Assembly (NCBI GenBank): GCA_047456315.1
Contig: CP179889.1
Coordinates: 1 to 54,965, forward strand
Direction of reading: 5' to 3'
Source: Candidatus Nealsonbacteria bacterium
GTDB lineage: Bacteria > Patescibacteriota > Minisyncoccia > Minisyncoccales > JANBVM01
Length of the DNA stretch: 54,965 nt
Part shown: positions 26,672 to 36,439 of the stretch, piece after piece
Numbering within the stretch: the first letter of the stretch is position 1
Layout: each line of letters starts with the position of its first letter
Made by a program: the position numbers and the translations under genes
Notes under the pieces: model-generated
Databases searched by the model: none
Told to the model about the DNA's origin: nothing
The model's input: only the letters and a program-made list of their open reading frames with translations

Positions 26672-29377
26672 TTAAACAGAAACTTTTTGTCTTTTTCTCT
26701 GTTTCATTTTAACTAAATCTTTAACACTTAAAAACATTATTTTCTCATCTTGAAAATCAATCACCATTCTTTTATTTTTTTCAAAATCTCCAGAAATAAT
26801 CTTTGAAGACAATGGATCTAATATCTTTTTTTGAATTACTCTTTTAAGAGGTCTAGCGCCTAAATTTGGGTCAAATCCTTTTTGAGCAACAAAATCTCTA
26901 ACCGACTCTGTAATCTCAACATTAATGTCTTTTTTCCCAAGCCTTTGAACAACCTTCTCAAGTTCGAGGTTAACAATTTTTTTAATCTCTGGTTTGTTAA
27001 GGTAGTTAAAAATTATAACCTCATCAATTCTGTTTAAAAACTCTGGTCTGAAATCATGCTTTAGAGCTGACAACACTTTTTCCCTTAAAGATTCTTTTTG
27101 TCTTTTTTCTTCATCTCCGCCAATAAATCCCAGTGATGCTTGCTGAGCAATAATATCACTTCCAACATTTGAAGTCATAATCAAGATTGCATTTTTAAAA
27201 GAAGCTACCCTTCCCTTGGCATCAGTTAATCTTCCATCTTCTAAAACCTGAAGAAGAATATTAAACACTTCTGGATGAGCTTTTTCAATTTCATCCAAGA
27301 GCATTACGCTATATGGTCTTCTTCTAATTTTTTCAGTTAATTGGCCTCCTTCATCATGGCCAACATAACCAGGAGGAGAACCTATCATTTTAGAAACAGT
27401 GTGCTTTTCCATATACTCTGACATATCTAATCTAATCATTGAATTTTCATCATTAAACAAGAAATTAGCTAAAGCTTTGGCAGTTTCTGTTTTCCCCACT
27501 CCAGTTGGACCTAAGAACATAAATGAGCCCAATGGCCTGTTTTCTTCAGAAATTCCTACTCTTGCACGCCTGATAGCATTAGAAATTGCAACAATGGCTT
27601 GTTTTTGACCAATAACCCGCCTGCTAATAATATTCTCCATTTTCTCTAGCTTTCTAATCTCTTCTTCAAGCAAGTTTGTTAAAGGAATTCCAGTCCATCT
27701 TGAAACTACCATGGCAATATCTTCTTCAGTTGCCTCACCTTTTAAAAGAGGGTTCTTCTTCTGAATCCTTGCTAATCTTTTCTCAGCACCTTTGAGTTCT
27801 TTCAAAAGCTCAGGGATTTTACCATACTTTAATTCAGCTACTTTTTGTAAATTAGCTTCAGAAATTCCTTTCTCGGCCTCAAATCGAGCATTTTCAATTT
27901 CTGACTTAAGGTTTTTAATTTTTGTAATTAAATCCTTTTCTGTTTTCCATTTAGCTTGAACTGCTTTTTCTTTTTCTCTTAAATCTGAAAGTTGCCTTGA
28001 AATTACTTTTAACTTAACTGCAGCATCTTTTTCTTTTTTTAAGGCCTCTTGCTCAATCTGTAATTTATTTATTTCTCTTTTTAAATTCTCTAATTTAGAT
28101 GGCTCTGATTCAATTTCTAATCTTAAAGCACTCATTGCTTCATCCATCAAATCAACTGCTTTATCAGGCAAAAACCTATCAGAAATATATCTGGCAGCTA
28201 ACTGAACACAGGTAACCAGCGCAGAATCTTTGATTTTCACTCCATGATGAACTTCGTACTTTTCTTTTATTCCTCTTAATATCAAAACAGTGTCTTCAAT
28301 TGAGGGTTCTGCAACATAAATGGGTTGAAACCTTCGTTCTAATGCCTGGTCTTTTTCAATGTATTTTTGATACTCTTTTGAGGTTGTAGCTCCAATTGCA
28401 CGCAGTTCACCACGAGCTAAAGCTGGCTTTAAAAGATTTGAAGCATCAATTGCTCCTTCAGCAGCTCCTGCTCCAACCAATGTATGAAGCTCATCAATAA
28501 ATAACAAGTATTTACCATCAGCCCTGTTGATTTCTTTTATAAATGCTTTGATTCTATCTTCAAATTCACCTCTGTACCTTGTTCCAGCTATTAGTGCTCC
28601 TAAGTCCATTGCTATTACCTCTTTGTCCTTTAAACTCTCAGGAACCTGACCAGCAACAATACGTTGAGCCAAGCCCTCAACAATAGCTGTTTTTCCAACA
28701 CCTGCTTCACCAATTAATGCAGGGTTGTTTTTGGTTCTACGAGACAAAATCTGCATTAATCTCTTTATTTCATTTTCCCTGCCAATCACTGGATCAAGTT
28801 TCCCTTTTCTTGCCAAAGAACTAAGATTACGAGCATATTTCTCAATTACCTGATATTTTGTTTCAGGCTTTGGATCAGTAATCCTATGACCTCCTCTTAA
28901 TTTGGCCAACTCAGTTGAGAATATTTGATAATTTAATTGACCAAACGCCAAAGAACCAGCTCCTGCTTCTGGTTTCAAAAAAGCAGCTTTATCCAAAATT
29001 TCTTTTGCTTTTGTATCAGCATCTAAAAGACCTAAAAATAAATGCTCAATTGAGATAAATTCATCTCCCATTCTTCCGGCTTCTTTCTTGGCTTTATCTA
29101 AAATCTTAGCCATGTCCTGAGTAAGATAAAGCTGGCCCAATGTTTGCGGGGTAATAATAATAGGAATCTTGCCCAAACTAAGCTCTGTTTTTTTCTTTAA
29201 TCCTTCGATATCAATACCAATCTTCTCAAGAACATTTACAACAATACTTTCAGATTGTTTAAGTAAAACATAAAGCAAGTGCAGAGCATCAATCTGCTGC
29301 TGCTCTTTTTTTTTGGCTAATTCCTGGGCAGACATTATTGCCTCTTGGCTTTTATGAGTAAATTGTCCTCCGATCAT
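26672..29377 (-). CDS. clpB: ClpB disaggregase (AAA+ chaperone)
   Basis: 901 aa with a Clp_N repeat, two AAA+ modules ([17 protein letters not shown]) and a long coiled-coil middle domain. Confidence 0.95.
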   Translation of the reverse strand: MIGGQFTHKSQEAIMSAQELAKKKEQQQIDALHLLYVLLKQSESIVVNVLEKIGIDIEGLKKKTELSLGKIPIIITPQTLGQLYLTQDMAKILDKAKKEAGRMGDEFISIEHLFLGLLDADTKAKEILDKAAFLKPEAGAGSLAFGQLNYQIFSTELAKLRGGHRITDPKPETKYQVIEKYARNLSSLARKGKLDPVIGRENEIKRLMQILSRRTKNNPALIGEAGVGKTAIVEGLAQRIVAGQVPESLKDKEVIAMDLGALIAGTRYRGEFEDRIKAFIKEINRADGKYLLFIDELHTLVGAGAAEGAIDASNLLKPALARGELRAIGATTSKEYQKYIEKDQALERRFQPIYVAEPSIEDTVLILRGIKEKYEVHHGVKIKDSALVTCVQLAARYISDRFLPDKAVDLMDEAMSALRLEIESEPSKLENLKREINKLQIEQEALKKEKDAAVKLKVISRQLSDLREKEKAVQAKWKTEKDLITKIKNLKSEIENARFEAEKGISEANLQKVAELKYGKIPELLKELKGAEKRLARIQKKNPLLKGEATEEDIAMVVSRWTGIPLTNLLEEEIRKLEKMENIISRRVIGQKQAIVAISNAIRRARVGISEENRPLGSFMFLGPTGVGKTETAKALANFLFNDENSMIRLDMSEYMEKHTVSKMIGSPPGYVGHDEGGQLTEKIRRRPYSVMLLDEIEKAHPEVFNILLQVLEDGRLTDAKGRVASFKNAILIMTSNVGSDIIAQQASLGFIGGDEEKRQKESLREKVLSALKHDFRPEFLNRIDEVIIFNYLNKPEIKKIVNLELEKVVQRLGKKDINVEITESVRDFVAQKGFDPNLGARPLKRVIQKKILDPLSSKIISGDFEKNKRMVIDFQDEKIMFLSVKDLVKMKQRKRQKVSV

Positions 29378-29386
29378 AATAATATT

Positions 29387-29414
29387 ATTATAAAATAAAA
29401 CTCGAAAAAATCAA
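29387..29414 (-). promoter_or_regulatory. Promoter for clpB, with the -10 box 9 nt from the ATG (candidate leaderless)
   Basis: The minus strand has TTGATT (29414-29409), a 16-nt spacer, TATAAT (29392-29387), AATATTATT, then ATG at 29377. No SD. Confidence 0.5.
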
Positions 29415-29469
29415 GTAAAAAAATATAAAGAAAACAAAAAATTATCTTTGCTCACGTAAGGCTTAAATA

Positions 29470-31560
29470 CTAGCTGCTTCTTTCTCCTAAGACCAATGAA
29501 ATGGTTTTTTCCTGTTCTCCGCTTAGAATCTTTAGAGTTATCTCATCTCCTGGAGAATATTTCATAATGATCTTTGCTAAAGTATTCTCAGTAGTTATTT
29601 TCTCATTATCAAACTCTAAAATAATATCTCCCTCTTTTATACCAGCATCATCTGCAGCTGAACCAAGAAACACAGCTGCTTCACCTTGAGCGCCTTTTAT
29701 AACCCAGGCGCCATAGTCAACAGCTAAATCATTCTCCTTTTGGACACCTTCATTAATTATTGCGTATCTCACGCCTAAAAATGGATAAACAATTTTACCT
29801 ATGGTTTTGACCTGTTCAATGTCTCTTTTAGCTTTGTTGATAGGAATAGCAAAACCAACACTCTGGCCCTCAAGATCAATTGCAGTATTTATACCTATAA
29901 CCTCTCCTTTTGAGTTTAAAAGCGGGCCTCCGGAGTTCCCTTTATTAATTGCTGTGTCAGTTTGAATAATATCTTCTAAAATTTCAACAAAGTCTCCACT
30001 TGATGCTTCAATTGTTCTGCCCAGCCCTGAAATTATGCCAACAGAAACAGTGTTCTGATACCTACCTAAAACATAGCCGATAGCAATTGCGGTTTGTCCA
30101 ATCTGAATTTTGTCAGAATTTCCAAGCTCTACCTTGGAAAAAGATTCAAAATTCACTTCACCATTACTTGTCATTGTTTTTACCTGGTCAATCTTTAATA
30201 TTGCTATATCCTGCAATGGGTCTTTAGCCAACACCTTTGCTGGAAACTGTTTGCCGCTTGAGACAACAACAGTGTAATCTGCATCTTCATCTAAAACAAC
30301 ATGTTTGTTTGTTATAATCATGCCGTCTTCAGAAACAATAAATCCTGTGCCTCCCCCTATTTCTTTTTTCTCAGTTCCTTTTTGCCTGTATTGAGGCACC
30401 TGGAATTCATAGAATGGTTCAAAGAAAAACTCTTCAAAAGGAGAAGTGTAGTATTTTTCTAATACTGGAAGGTCTTTTGTGACAATGATGCTCACTACTG
30501 ACGGTGAAGCTTTTTGAACAACATTAACAATTGCCTGCTCCTGAAAAGTGTAAAGTGTTTGCTCCTCTTCGTTTTTTACAGGTCTTGTAATCTCAATATT
30601 TAACCTGCTGAAGAAATCCTTTATTTCCCAGTAAAAATAGCTTCCAGAAACTGCACCTGCTAAAAACCCAAAAATAGATGATATAAAGATAATTAAAATC
30701 AAGAACGAAAAAGCTTGTTTTTTAGATAATCTAGCAAATTCTGATTTTACTGGCTTTAGAAGCTTCAGCTTTCCTGACCTGAGTTTTGGTAATTTAATTA
30801 TTGGAAATTTTATTTTTGGCAACTTATACATATTACTCATATTATAACCTATTTTGTTTTTGATTTTCAATGAATAATCAAATCTATACTGAAAAATATC
30901 TGATTTTATTGAACCGAAAAAAAGCACCCAGAGTCCTGCTAAAACATACCTTAGATAAGTTACTAATCTTCCGTCTTTTTCAAATCTTCTGGCAGACACT
31001 AAAACAGGGCTGATATCAATAAAACCGAATCTGCCGTGTTTTTTAGCTCTTCTTACATAATCATGGTCTTCAGCAAACTTTACTCTTTCATCAAAACCTC
31101 CAATTACCTGATGAATTTCTTTTTTAACTAAAATAACATTAGTGGCATGAGGTAAAAAGCTCTGGCTTAATTTTGCCCATAAATTATATAGCCAGTAAAA
31201 GATTTTATCAATTATTTTTCCCTGAGGATAAATTGGAAAACTTGCTATATCTAACTTCCTGCTTTTAAATTTCTCAGTAAGCTCATTTAAAAAGCCAACA
31301 GGCAAAGTTATAGCATCAGCATCTATAAATAAAAACAGTTCTCCAGAAGCAATCTTAGCTCCCTGGTTTCTTCCTTTGGCTGGCAATCCTCCTTGTGTTA
31401 GTTTGCAACCAAAACTTCTTGCTACTTTAACCGTGTCATCTTGAGAATTAGAATCAGCAACAATTATCTCATAATCACTAAAGCCCTGATCCTTAATTTC
31501 TGCAAGAACTAAAGGAAGATAATCTTGTTCATTTAAAGTTGGAATAATAATGCTTAACAT
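29470..31560 (-). CDS. Fusion protein: N-terminal family-2 glycosyltransferase, TM segment, HtrA/DegP-type serine protease, PDZ domain
   Basis: Residues 1 to about 230 match GT2 (IIIPTLNE, IVADSNSQDDT, FIDADA, ED motif AEDHDY). From M241/M244 (MSNMYKLPK...) there is a TM segment (FSFLILIIFISSIFGFLAGAV), then TNKHVV / DIAILKI / GNSGGPL, then a PDZ-like C-terminus. The reading frame is continuous. Confidence 0.8.
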   Translation of the reverse strand: MLSIIIPTLNEQDYLPLVLAEIKDQGFSDYEIIVADSNSQDDTVKVARSFGCKLTQGGLPAKGRNQGAKIASGELFLFIDADAITLPVGFLNELTEKFKSRKLDIASFPIYPQGKIIDKIFYWLYNLWAKLSQSFLPHATNVILVKKEIHQVIGGFDERVKFAEDHDYVRRAKKHGRFGFIDISPVLVSARRFEKDGRLVTYLRYVLAGLWVLFFGSIKSDIFQYRFDYSLKIKNKIGYNMSNMYKLPKIKFPIIKLPKLRSGKLKLLKPVKSEFARLSKKQAFSFLILIIFISSIFGFLAGAVSGSYFYWEIKDFFSRLNIEITRPVKNEEEQTLYTFQEQAIVNVVQKASPSVVSIIVTKDLPVLEKYYTSPFEEFFFEPFYEFQVPQYRQKGTEKKEIGGGTGFIVSEDGMIITNKHVVLDEDADYTVVVSSGKQFPAKVLAKDPLQDIAILKIDQVKTMTSNGEVNFESFSKVELGNSDKIQIGQTAIAIGYVLGRYQNTVSVGIISGLGRTIEASSGDFVEILEDIIQTDTAINKGNSGGPLLNSKGEVIGINTAIDLEGQSVGFAIPINKAKRDIEQVKTIGKIVYPFLGVRYAIINEGVQKENDLAVDYGAWVIKGAQGEAAVFLGSAADDAGIKEGDIILEFDNEKITTENTLAKIIMKYSPGDEITLKILSGEQEKTISLVLGERSS

Positions 31561-31563
31561 ATT

Positions 31564-32553
31564 TTAAAACAATTCTCTGGCCCGCTCCCAGATTTCAACA
31601 TCCTGATGTCTATCTTTTAACCAAAACCACCATTCAGCTCCCCATAAATAAAACTTATTCAAACCTGTATTCTTTGCAAACTCAATATTTTCATTAAAAC
31701 GCTCAAGATTCATTGTTTTATCCTGCTCTTCAAAAGAGCAATTATATAACCGGTTAGGGCACCAGGGCTCTGCCTGAAGCTCAACAGAAATTACATCTTT
31801 ATTAAAAAACTTCTTAATAATTTCTGCTTTTCTCCAGTAAAAAACAGGCGGAAAAGGATAACTTATATATGCATTGATTTCACTTAACCAGGCTTTTTTA
31901 TATATAGTTGTTCCAATAATATCCCCTAATCTAGCTGCTTCAATCCAAAAAGACCACTCACCGCTATCTGAAATTATTATTGGCCTTGTACTATCAAGTG
32001 ATTTCACAAATTCAACTTCCTGTTTTATAAAACCCTTGTCAATCCAGGGGCATTCTCCAAAAGGAAAAAAGGGTTCATTCTCTATCATCCAGGCAGATAT
32101 TGCAGGACTTTGTTTGTATCTTAAAACAATTGTTTCAACAAGGTTTAAGATTCTTTGCTGCTGATCTTGTTTGGTTAAGCCCTCTGCCCAGTGAGGAATA
32201 TGACACTCTGGCCAGGAACCAGTTTTCATTCCAATCACTAAAATAATGTTTGCATTTTTCATTTCTGCTTGTTCAATCTGCCAATCCAAATCATCAAAAC
32301 TAAATTCATTTTCTTTTTTTTCAAGCAAATCCCAAAAAGTAATAAGTTTTACATCCCTTACATTCAAATCATAAAGCAGGCCCGCATAAGCCTTTTTCCA
32401 ATTTAAACCAAAATTCTGGGCATGCTTTTGGGAAAAGTTCACGCCAAAAGTTATTTCTTCTGCTCTTGGTGGAGTACCAATAAAAAAATAACCAATAAAA
32501 GCAAAAAGAGTTGTCAATAAAAAAAATACAATGTTTTTATACTTTATTTTCAT
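31564..32553 (-). CDS. Membrane-anchored putative clan GH-A glycoside hydrolase (GH5/GH42-like TIM barrel)
   Basis: 329 aa with an N-terminal TM. It has WDLLEKKENEFSFDDLDWQIEQA (the W..LEP.EG.Y.F..LD pattern of GH42/GH5 enzymes) and MIENEP (an NEP acid/base-type motif). The family assignment is tentative. Confidence 0.45.
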   Translation of the reverse strand: MKIKYKNIVFFLLTTLFAFIGYFFIGTPPRAEEITFGVNFSQKHAQNFGLNWKKAYAGLLYDLNVRDVKLITFWDLLEKKENEFSFDDLDWQIEQAEMKNANIILVIGMKTGSWPECHIPHWAEGLTKQDQQQRILNLVETIVLRYKQSPAISAWMIENEPFFPFGECPWIDKGFIKQEVEFVKSLDSTRPIIISDSGEWSFWIEAARLGDIIGTTIYKKAWLSEINAYISYPFPPVFYWRKAEIIKKFFNKDVISVELQAEPWCPNRLYNCSFEEQDKTMNLERFNENIEFAKNTGLNKFYLWGAEWWFWLKDRHQDVEIWERARELF

Positions 32554-32559
32554 AAAAAA

Positions 32560-33861
32560 CTATATACGGAATTCAGGGGGTTTAGAAATTATTTCTTTAA
32601 TATTAAAAACCCCTCTTTTTTCTGCTTCAATAAACCCTTCCATTGCTGCTTCAGCAAACCATCCGCTCTCAAGCAGGTCAAAAAGCCACTCATTGGCGTG
32701 GTCAGGATCCTGCTGGACAATACCAGAACCAAGCTTTAAAAGCCACTCACGGTTATAGTGCTCCTGAGAACCAATTGAAGGAGCAACAATAATGGGCAGT
32801 CCCAGACCAGTATAAAATGAAAGTTCGCTTGGTTTTGTCCACAGAACATCAGATTTCCTTAAAGCTAAGTTAAAGTCATTAAAATAACTATAAGTATCAT
32901 TATTAAAGATTATTTCAACACCTGTTTTTAGTCCCAAGCTTTCAATACAATTTAAAAAATAATCCTTCACAGACTCCCTTGTACCAGCAACTAAGATAAG
33001 CTTAATTTGTTTTCTCTGAATCTTATTCTTCAAGCTTTTTAAGATACTATAGGCAATTTCTCTTTGAGCTCCTGCTCCTCCCACAGCAAACATAACTGTT
33101 AAAATGTGGTCTGATATTTCAGGCAACTCCCCAATATATTGATTAATTAAAACCTGATACTGATGGAAATATCTTTTTTTAGGATCAAGATTTAATAATC
33201 TGCATGCTAAATCATGTTTTAAAATTTCTAATTCCTGGCTGCCAATACTTTCTAGAGGCAAAGGATAGCCTGTTAAAAAAATATTCTCTTTTTTTACACC
33301 ATAAAGCTTTAATCTTTCAACAACTCTTTCGTTCGGCGCAAAATACTTAATCCTGCTTTTTTTAGGGTTTAATGATGCCCAAGGTCTTGCAATATCAGCA
33401 TCACAAACAACACAATATATATCAGACGGATAATCAAAGAATTCTGCCATAAAAGCAGGGGTGAAGAATGTTGAAATAATTGGACGGGGTTTTTCTTTTA
33501 ATTTTTCAATTAAATGTCTGCCCCAACCACCTTTAAATAAACTATATATCCTTCGCAGAGAAAAATTAGGTTCTGATAAGTCTCTCTTGGGATAAAAATC
33601 AAGAATTCTTTGAAAGCTATCAAAAACAGAAAAAGCAAACTCACCAATCAAAGGAACTCGTTTGAATCTTGAAATGGCCTCATAAAACTTTCTTGTTGAC
33701 TGCCAGATGTTTCTGTCTTTTTTTGGAATATCTTGATAACTATTGGCGTTAATAATTTTATTCTCAAAAGCCAAATGCTCTAAGGGATAAGCAGTTCTTT
33801 GATGACCGTAACCCATATCAACACTAACAACCCAAACTTTTTGTTTATTAAAATCATCCAT
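32560..33861 (-). CDS. Putative GT-B fold glycosyltransferase (MurG/MGDG-synthase-like)
   Basis: 433 aa. The N-terminal VVSVDMGYGHQRTA resembles the G-x-GH nucleotide-sugar transferase motif, and AVGGAGAQ is a second Gly-rich loop. Specificity is unknown. Confidence 0.4.
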   Translation of the reverse strand: MDDFNKQKVWVVSVDMGYGHQRTAYPLEHLAFENKIINANSYQDIPKKDRNIWQSTRKFYEAISRFKRVPLIGEFAFSVFDSFQRILDFYPKRDLSEPNFSLRRIYSLFKGGWGRHLIEKLKEKPRPIISTFFTPAFMAEFFDYPSDIYCVVCDADIARPWASLNPKKSRIKYFAPNERVVERLKLYGVKKENIFLTGYPLPLESIGSQELEILKHDLACRLLNLDPKKRYFHQYQVLINQYIGELPEISDHILTVMFAVGGAGAQREIAYSILKSLKNKIQRKQIKLILVAGTRESVKDYFLNCIESLGLKTGVEIIFNNDTYSYFNDFNLALRKSDVLWTKPSELSFYTGLGLPIIVAPSIGSQEHYNREWLLKLGSGIVQQDPDHANEWLFDLLESGWFAEAAMEGFIEAEKRGVFNIKEIISKPPEFRI

Positions 33862-33955
33862 TGAATTATCTTATCAAAAATTTGGCCATTCGATAAGATT
33901 TTTTAAAAAATAAAAAAGGTTTTAGATTCTTTGTAACAACAGATTATCCTTTTTT

Positions 33956-35416
33956 TTATTCATATTTTAAAAATTTAAGCCTCGAATCTCTTTGTAATTT
34001 CCAAACCAAAAAACCTAAAATTAAATAACTGATTAAAACTAAAACCCAGGAAACATTTTCAAAAACTAAGTTTAGATAAGGAATTTTAAAAGAAAAATCA
34101 ATTATTTTAAGAATGTATGTAAGTATCAAATAAACTGGAAAAGAAAAAATTAAAGCTAAAGAATTTGAGAAAACTGCTAAAACAGAAGCTAAAAAGCCCA
34201 AAATAGTAATTATTGGAAGCAAAGGAACAATTAAAACATTAACAATAGGCCCTATTAAAGGAACCTGGCCAAAATTATAAATTAAAATAGGAAAAGTAAA
34301 AGCTTGAGCGCTTAGAGTAGAAGCCAGGCTATAACGAAGTTCTAAAAATTGAGGAACTTTTTTAAGTAATTTCATAAAAAAGGGCTGTAGATAAACCAAG
34401 CCCATTACTGCTAAAAAAGATAGTTGAAATCCTACATCCGTTATTAATAAGGGATTAAGAAGCAACATTAAAGATGCCGAGAAAATTATTGCTCCTGAGG
34501 CAATACTAGCTCTTCCAAAGTGCTGGGCTGTTAAAAGCATGATGCCCATTATACCAGCCCTTATTCCTGAAGCCGGAGCACCAATCATTAGAATATAGGA
34601 AACAATTATAATAATTGATAAATAAAATGCTTGATGTCTCCAAAAACCCAACCCTAAAAGAAAATTTAAAACTAATACAGAAATAATTGTAATATTCATT
34701 CCAGAAACAGCAGTAATATGGCGAGTGCCAGTTAAGTTAAATTTACTTATCCATGTTTTCGAGAAACTATCTTCATCGCCAAATAATAATCCTTCCAAGA
34801 GCGCTGATTGAGGCAAAGGAATTATTTCATTTAAGCCTTGCTTTAAATTATTTTTAATTGAAAAAAGAATTTTCATTATCCTATTTCCAGAATCTTTTTC
34901 TAATAATTCTATTTTTGGGAAAAACATTAAAGCAAAAATATTCTTCCTTTCTAAATATTGTTTGTAATCAAAGCTTTCAAAAACCGGAGGATCCTCTAAT
35001 ATTCCAGTGATTCTTACTTTGCTGCCATATTCATACTCAGGATATTTTGAAATTGTCACTAAAATCCTGCTATCAATGCCATCTGGTTGAATTTCAAATT
35101 TCTGGGTTTTTTCTGTTTGGGTGGGCTGATTAGCAACAATAACCTCAAGAGCAACTTTCTTATTTATATAACCTTTAATTTTATTATTATCAATCTTTGA
35201 TTGAAACAATTGATGACGAAACATACCTAGCACTAAAAACATCAGGCAAAAACCAAAAACTACTAATTTCTTGTATTTCCAAAATACTGAAATTAAAATT
35301 AAGCTAAGAATCAAAAATCCCAGTATAAATAACTGGGAAATTTGAAAAATTAAGCTTAAAGAGATACCTGCAATAAAAGATGTGCAGAAATATAAAAAGA
35401 TTTTAGAATTTGGCAT
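33956..35416 (-). CDS. comEC: ComEC/Rec2-family DNA internalisation channel, short form without the C-terminal metallo-beta-lactamase domain
   Basis: 486-aa polytopic protein with an N-terminal OB/DUF4131-like region (RILVTISKYPEYEYGSKVRITG) and competence-domain motifs (LTGTRHITAVSGMNITII). It ends after the TM bundle. Confidence 0.8.
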   Translation of the reverse strand: MPNSKIFLYFCTSFIAGISLSLIFQISQLFILGFLILSLILISVFWKYKKLVVFGFCLMFLVLGMFRHQLFQSKIDNNKIKGYINKKVALEVIVANQPTQTEKTQKFEIQPDGIDSRILVTISKYPEYEYGSKVRITGILEDPPVFESFDYKQYLERKNIFALMFFPKIELLEKDSGNRIMKILFSIKNNLKQGLNEIIPLPQSALLEGLLFGDEDSFSKTWISKFNLTGTRHITAVSGMNITIISVLVLNFLLGLGFWRHQAFYLSIIIIVSYILMIGAPASGIRAGIMGIMLLTAQHFGRASIASGAIIFSASLMLLLNPLLITDVGFQLSFLAVMGLVYLQPFFMKLLKKVPQFLELRYSLASTLSAQAFTFPILIYNFGQVPLIGPIVNVLIVPLLPIITILGFLASVLAVFSNSLALIFSFPVYLILTYILKIIDFSFKIPYLNLVFENVSWVLVLISYLILGFLVWKLQRDSRLKFLKYE

Positions 35417-35422
35417 ACTAAA

Positions 35423-35451
35423 TTGACAAAACTTAAAAATACAAATAATCT
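35423..35451 (+). promoter_or_regulatory. Possible promoter for the small frameshifted ORF
   Basis: TTGACA at 35423-35428. The -10 candidates are AATAAT (15-nt spacer) or TAATCT (17-nt spacer). A strong SD GAGGAGG lies at 35457-35463. Confidence 0.35.
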
Positions 35452-35468
35452 ATTTAGAGGAGGTTATC

Positions 35469-35698
35469 ATGACCACTATAATAGAGAGGATAAAAAAGCT
35501 TGAAAATGGGTTAAAAAAATAAAGAATGGAATAGAAAAATTAAAGAATGGAGTTATAGTATATACAGAAGAATTAGAAAACACAGAAACAACTAATGATT
35601 TTATAGAAATGATCGACATAATTCAAACAGAATTAGGCATAAACAGTGGCCAGCTAGATTCTTTAATTAAAAAATATCGCAAAAAAACCAAGAAATAA
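35469..35698 (+). CDS. Small coiled-coil ORF interrupted at an A7 run. It yields 17 aa in frame 0, or about 76 aa if a -1 shift occurs on A_AAA_AAA.
   Basis: ATG at 35469 sits 5 nt after GAGGAGG. Frame 0 gives MTTIIERIKKLENGLKK then TAA at 35520. The -1 frame continues as IKNGIEKLKNGVIVYTEELENTETTNDFIEMIDIIQTELGINSGQLDSLIKKYRKKTKK and stops at 35696-35698. Confidence 0.4.
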
Positions 35699-35699
35699 A

Positions 35700-35727
35700 A
35701 GCCGTTATTCATAATGGCTCTTTTTTT
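35700..35727. terminator. Bidirectional intrinsic terminator between the small ORF (+) and nrdG (-)
   Basis: AGCCGTTA-TTCA-TAATGGCT (8 bp with one G-T pair) followed by CTTTTTTT on the plus strand, with a T-rich tract on the other side as well. Confidence 0.6.
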
Positions 35728-36436
35728 ATCTTATCTGGCAAATATCAAAAAATGGAGAAATAGCTTTTTGAATTTCTAAGAGATATTCTAATGGATAAGG
35801 CCTTAAATTCTCAAATTCAGGATTTATTGTTTTTTCTCCTTTGAAATTCTGCAAATAATATCGTTTGGCAGGCTTTATCCAATGAGCAATCTTTAAAATG
35901 TCTTTTTTTCCATGAAGAGACGGCACCAATGTTGTTCTAAACTCATAATCAATATTTGAATTTTTTAAAATATAAATACTTTTTTCAATATTTTTTACAA
36001 TATTGTTTTTTAAAACTCCAGGCACTTCAGTAACCTGAAGATATTTTTCTTTTGGAGCTTTAATGTCCATTGCTACATAATCAATGAGTTTTTTATCAAT
36101 TAAAGATTTTAGCATCTTTGGATTTGAACCATTTGTATCAAGCTTAATTAAGAAACCCATTTTCTTAATTCTTTTAATAAAAGAAGGCAGTCCAGAATTA
36201 ATAGTTGGCTCTCCTCCACAGATAACCACTCCTTCCAATAATCCTTTTCTTAATTTTAAAAAAAAGAAAAGCTCCTTATTTGAAATAACTGGTTGAGTTT
36301 TTATCTTTTCAGGTAAAACAAGTTCTGATGAATAACAAAAGGGACAGCGAAAATTACAGCCGATTAAAAAAACCGTGGCTGCTAAATGGCCAGGGTAATC
36401 AATAAGAGTAAGTTTTTGAAGACCGCCAATCTTCAT
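35726..36436 (-). CDS. nrdG: Anaerobic ribonucleotide reductase activating protein NrdG (radical SAM)
   Basis: CNFRCPFCYS (CxxxCxxC), GGEPT, and position directly downstream of nrdD. Confidence 0.9.
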   Translation of the reverse strand: MKIGGLQKLTLIDYPGHLAATVFLIGCNFRCPFCYSSELVLPEKIKTQPVISNKELFFFLKLRKGLLEGVVICGGEPTINSGLPSFIKRIKKMGFLIKLDTNGSNPKMLKSLIDKKLIDYVAMDIKAPKEKYLQVTEVPGVLKNNIVKNIEKSIYILKNSNIDYEFRTTLVPSLHGKKDILKIAHWIKPAKRYYLQNFKGEKTINPEFENLRPYPLEYLLEIQKAISPFFDICQIR

Positions 36437-36439
36437 AAA

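Noticed and set aside
30831-30840. Splitting the 696-aa GT2-HtrA ORF into two separate genes at Met241/Met244.
   Set aside because: There is no stop codon between the domains in the sequence as given, so the fusion is reported as seen. The internal-start possibility is kept as a hypothesis in the findings.
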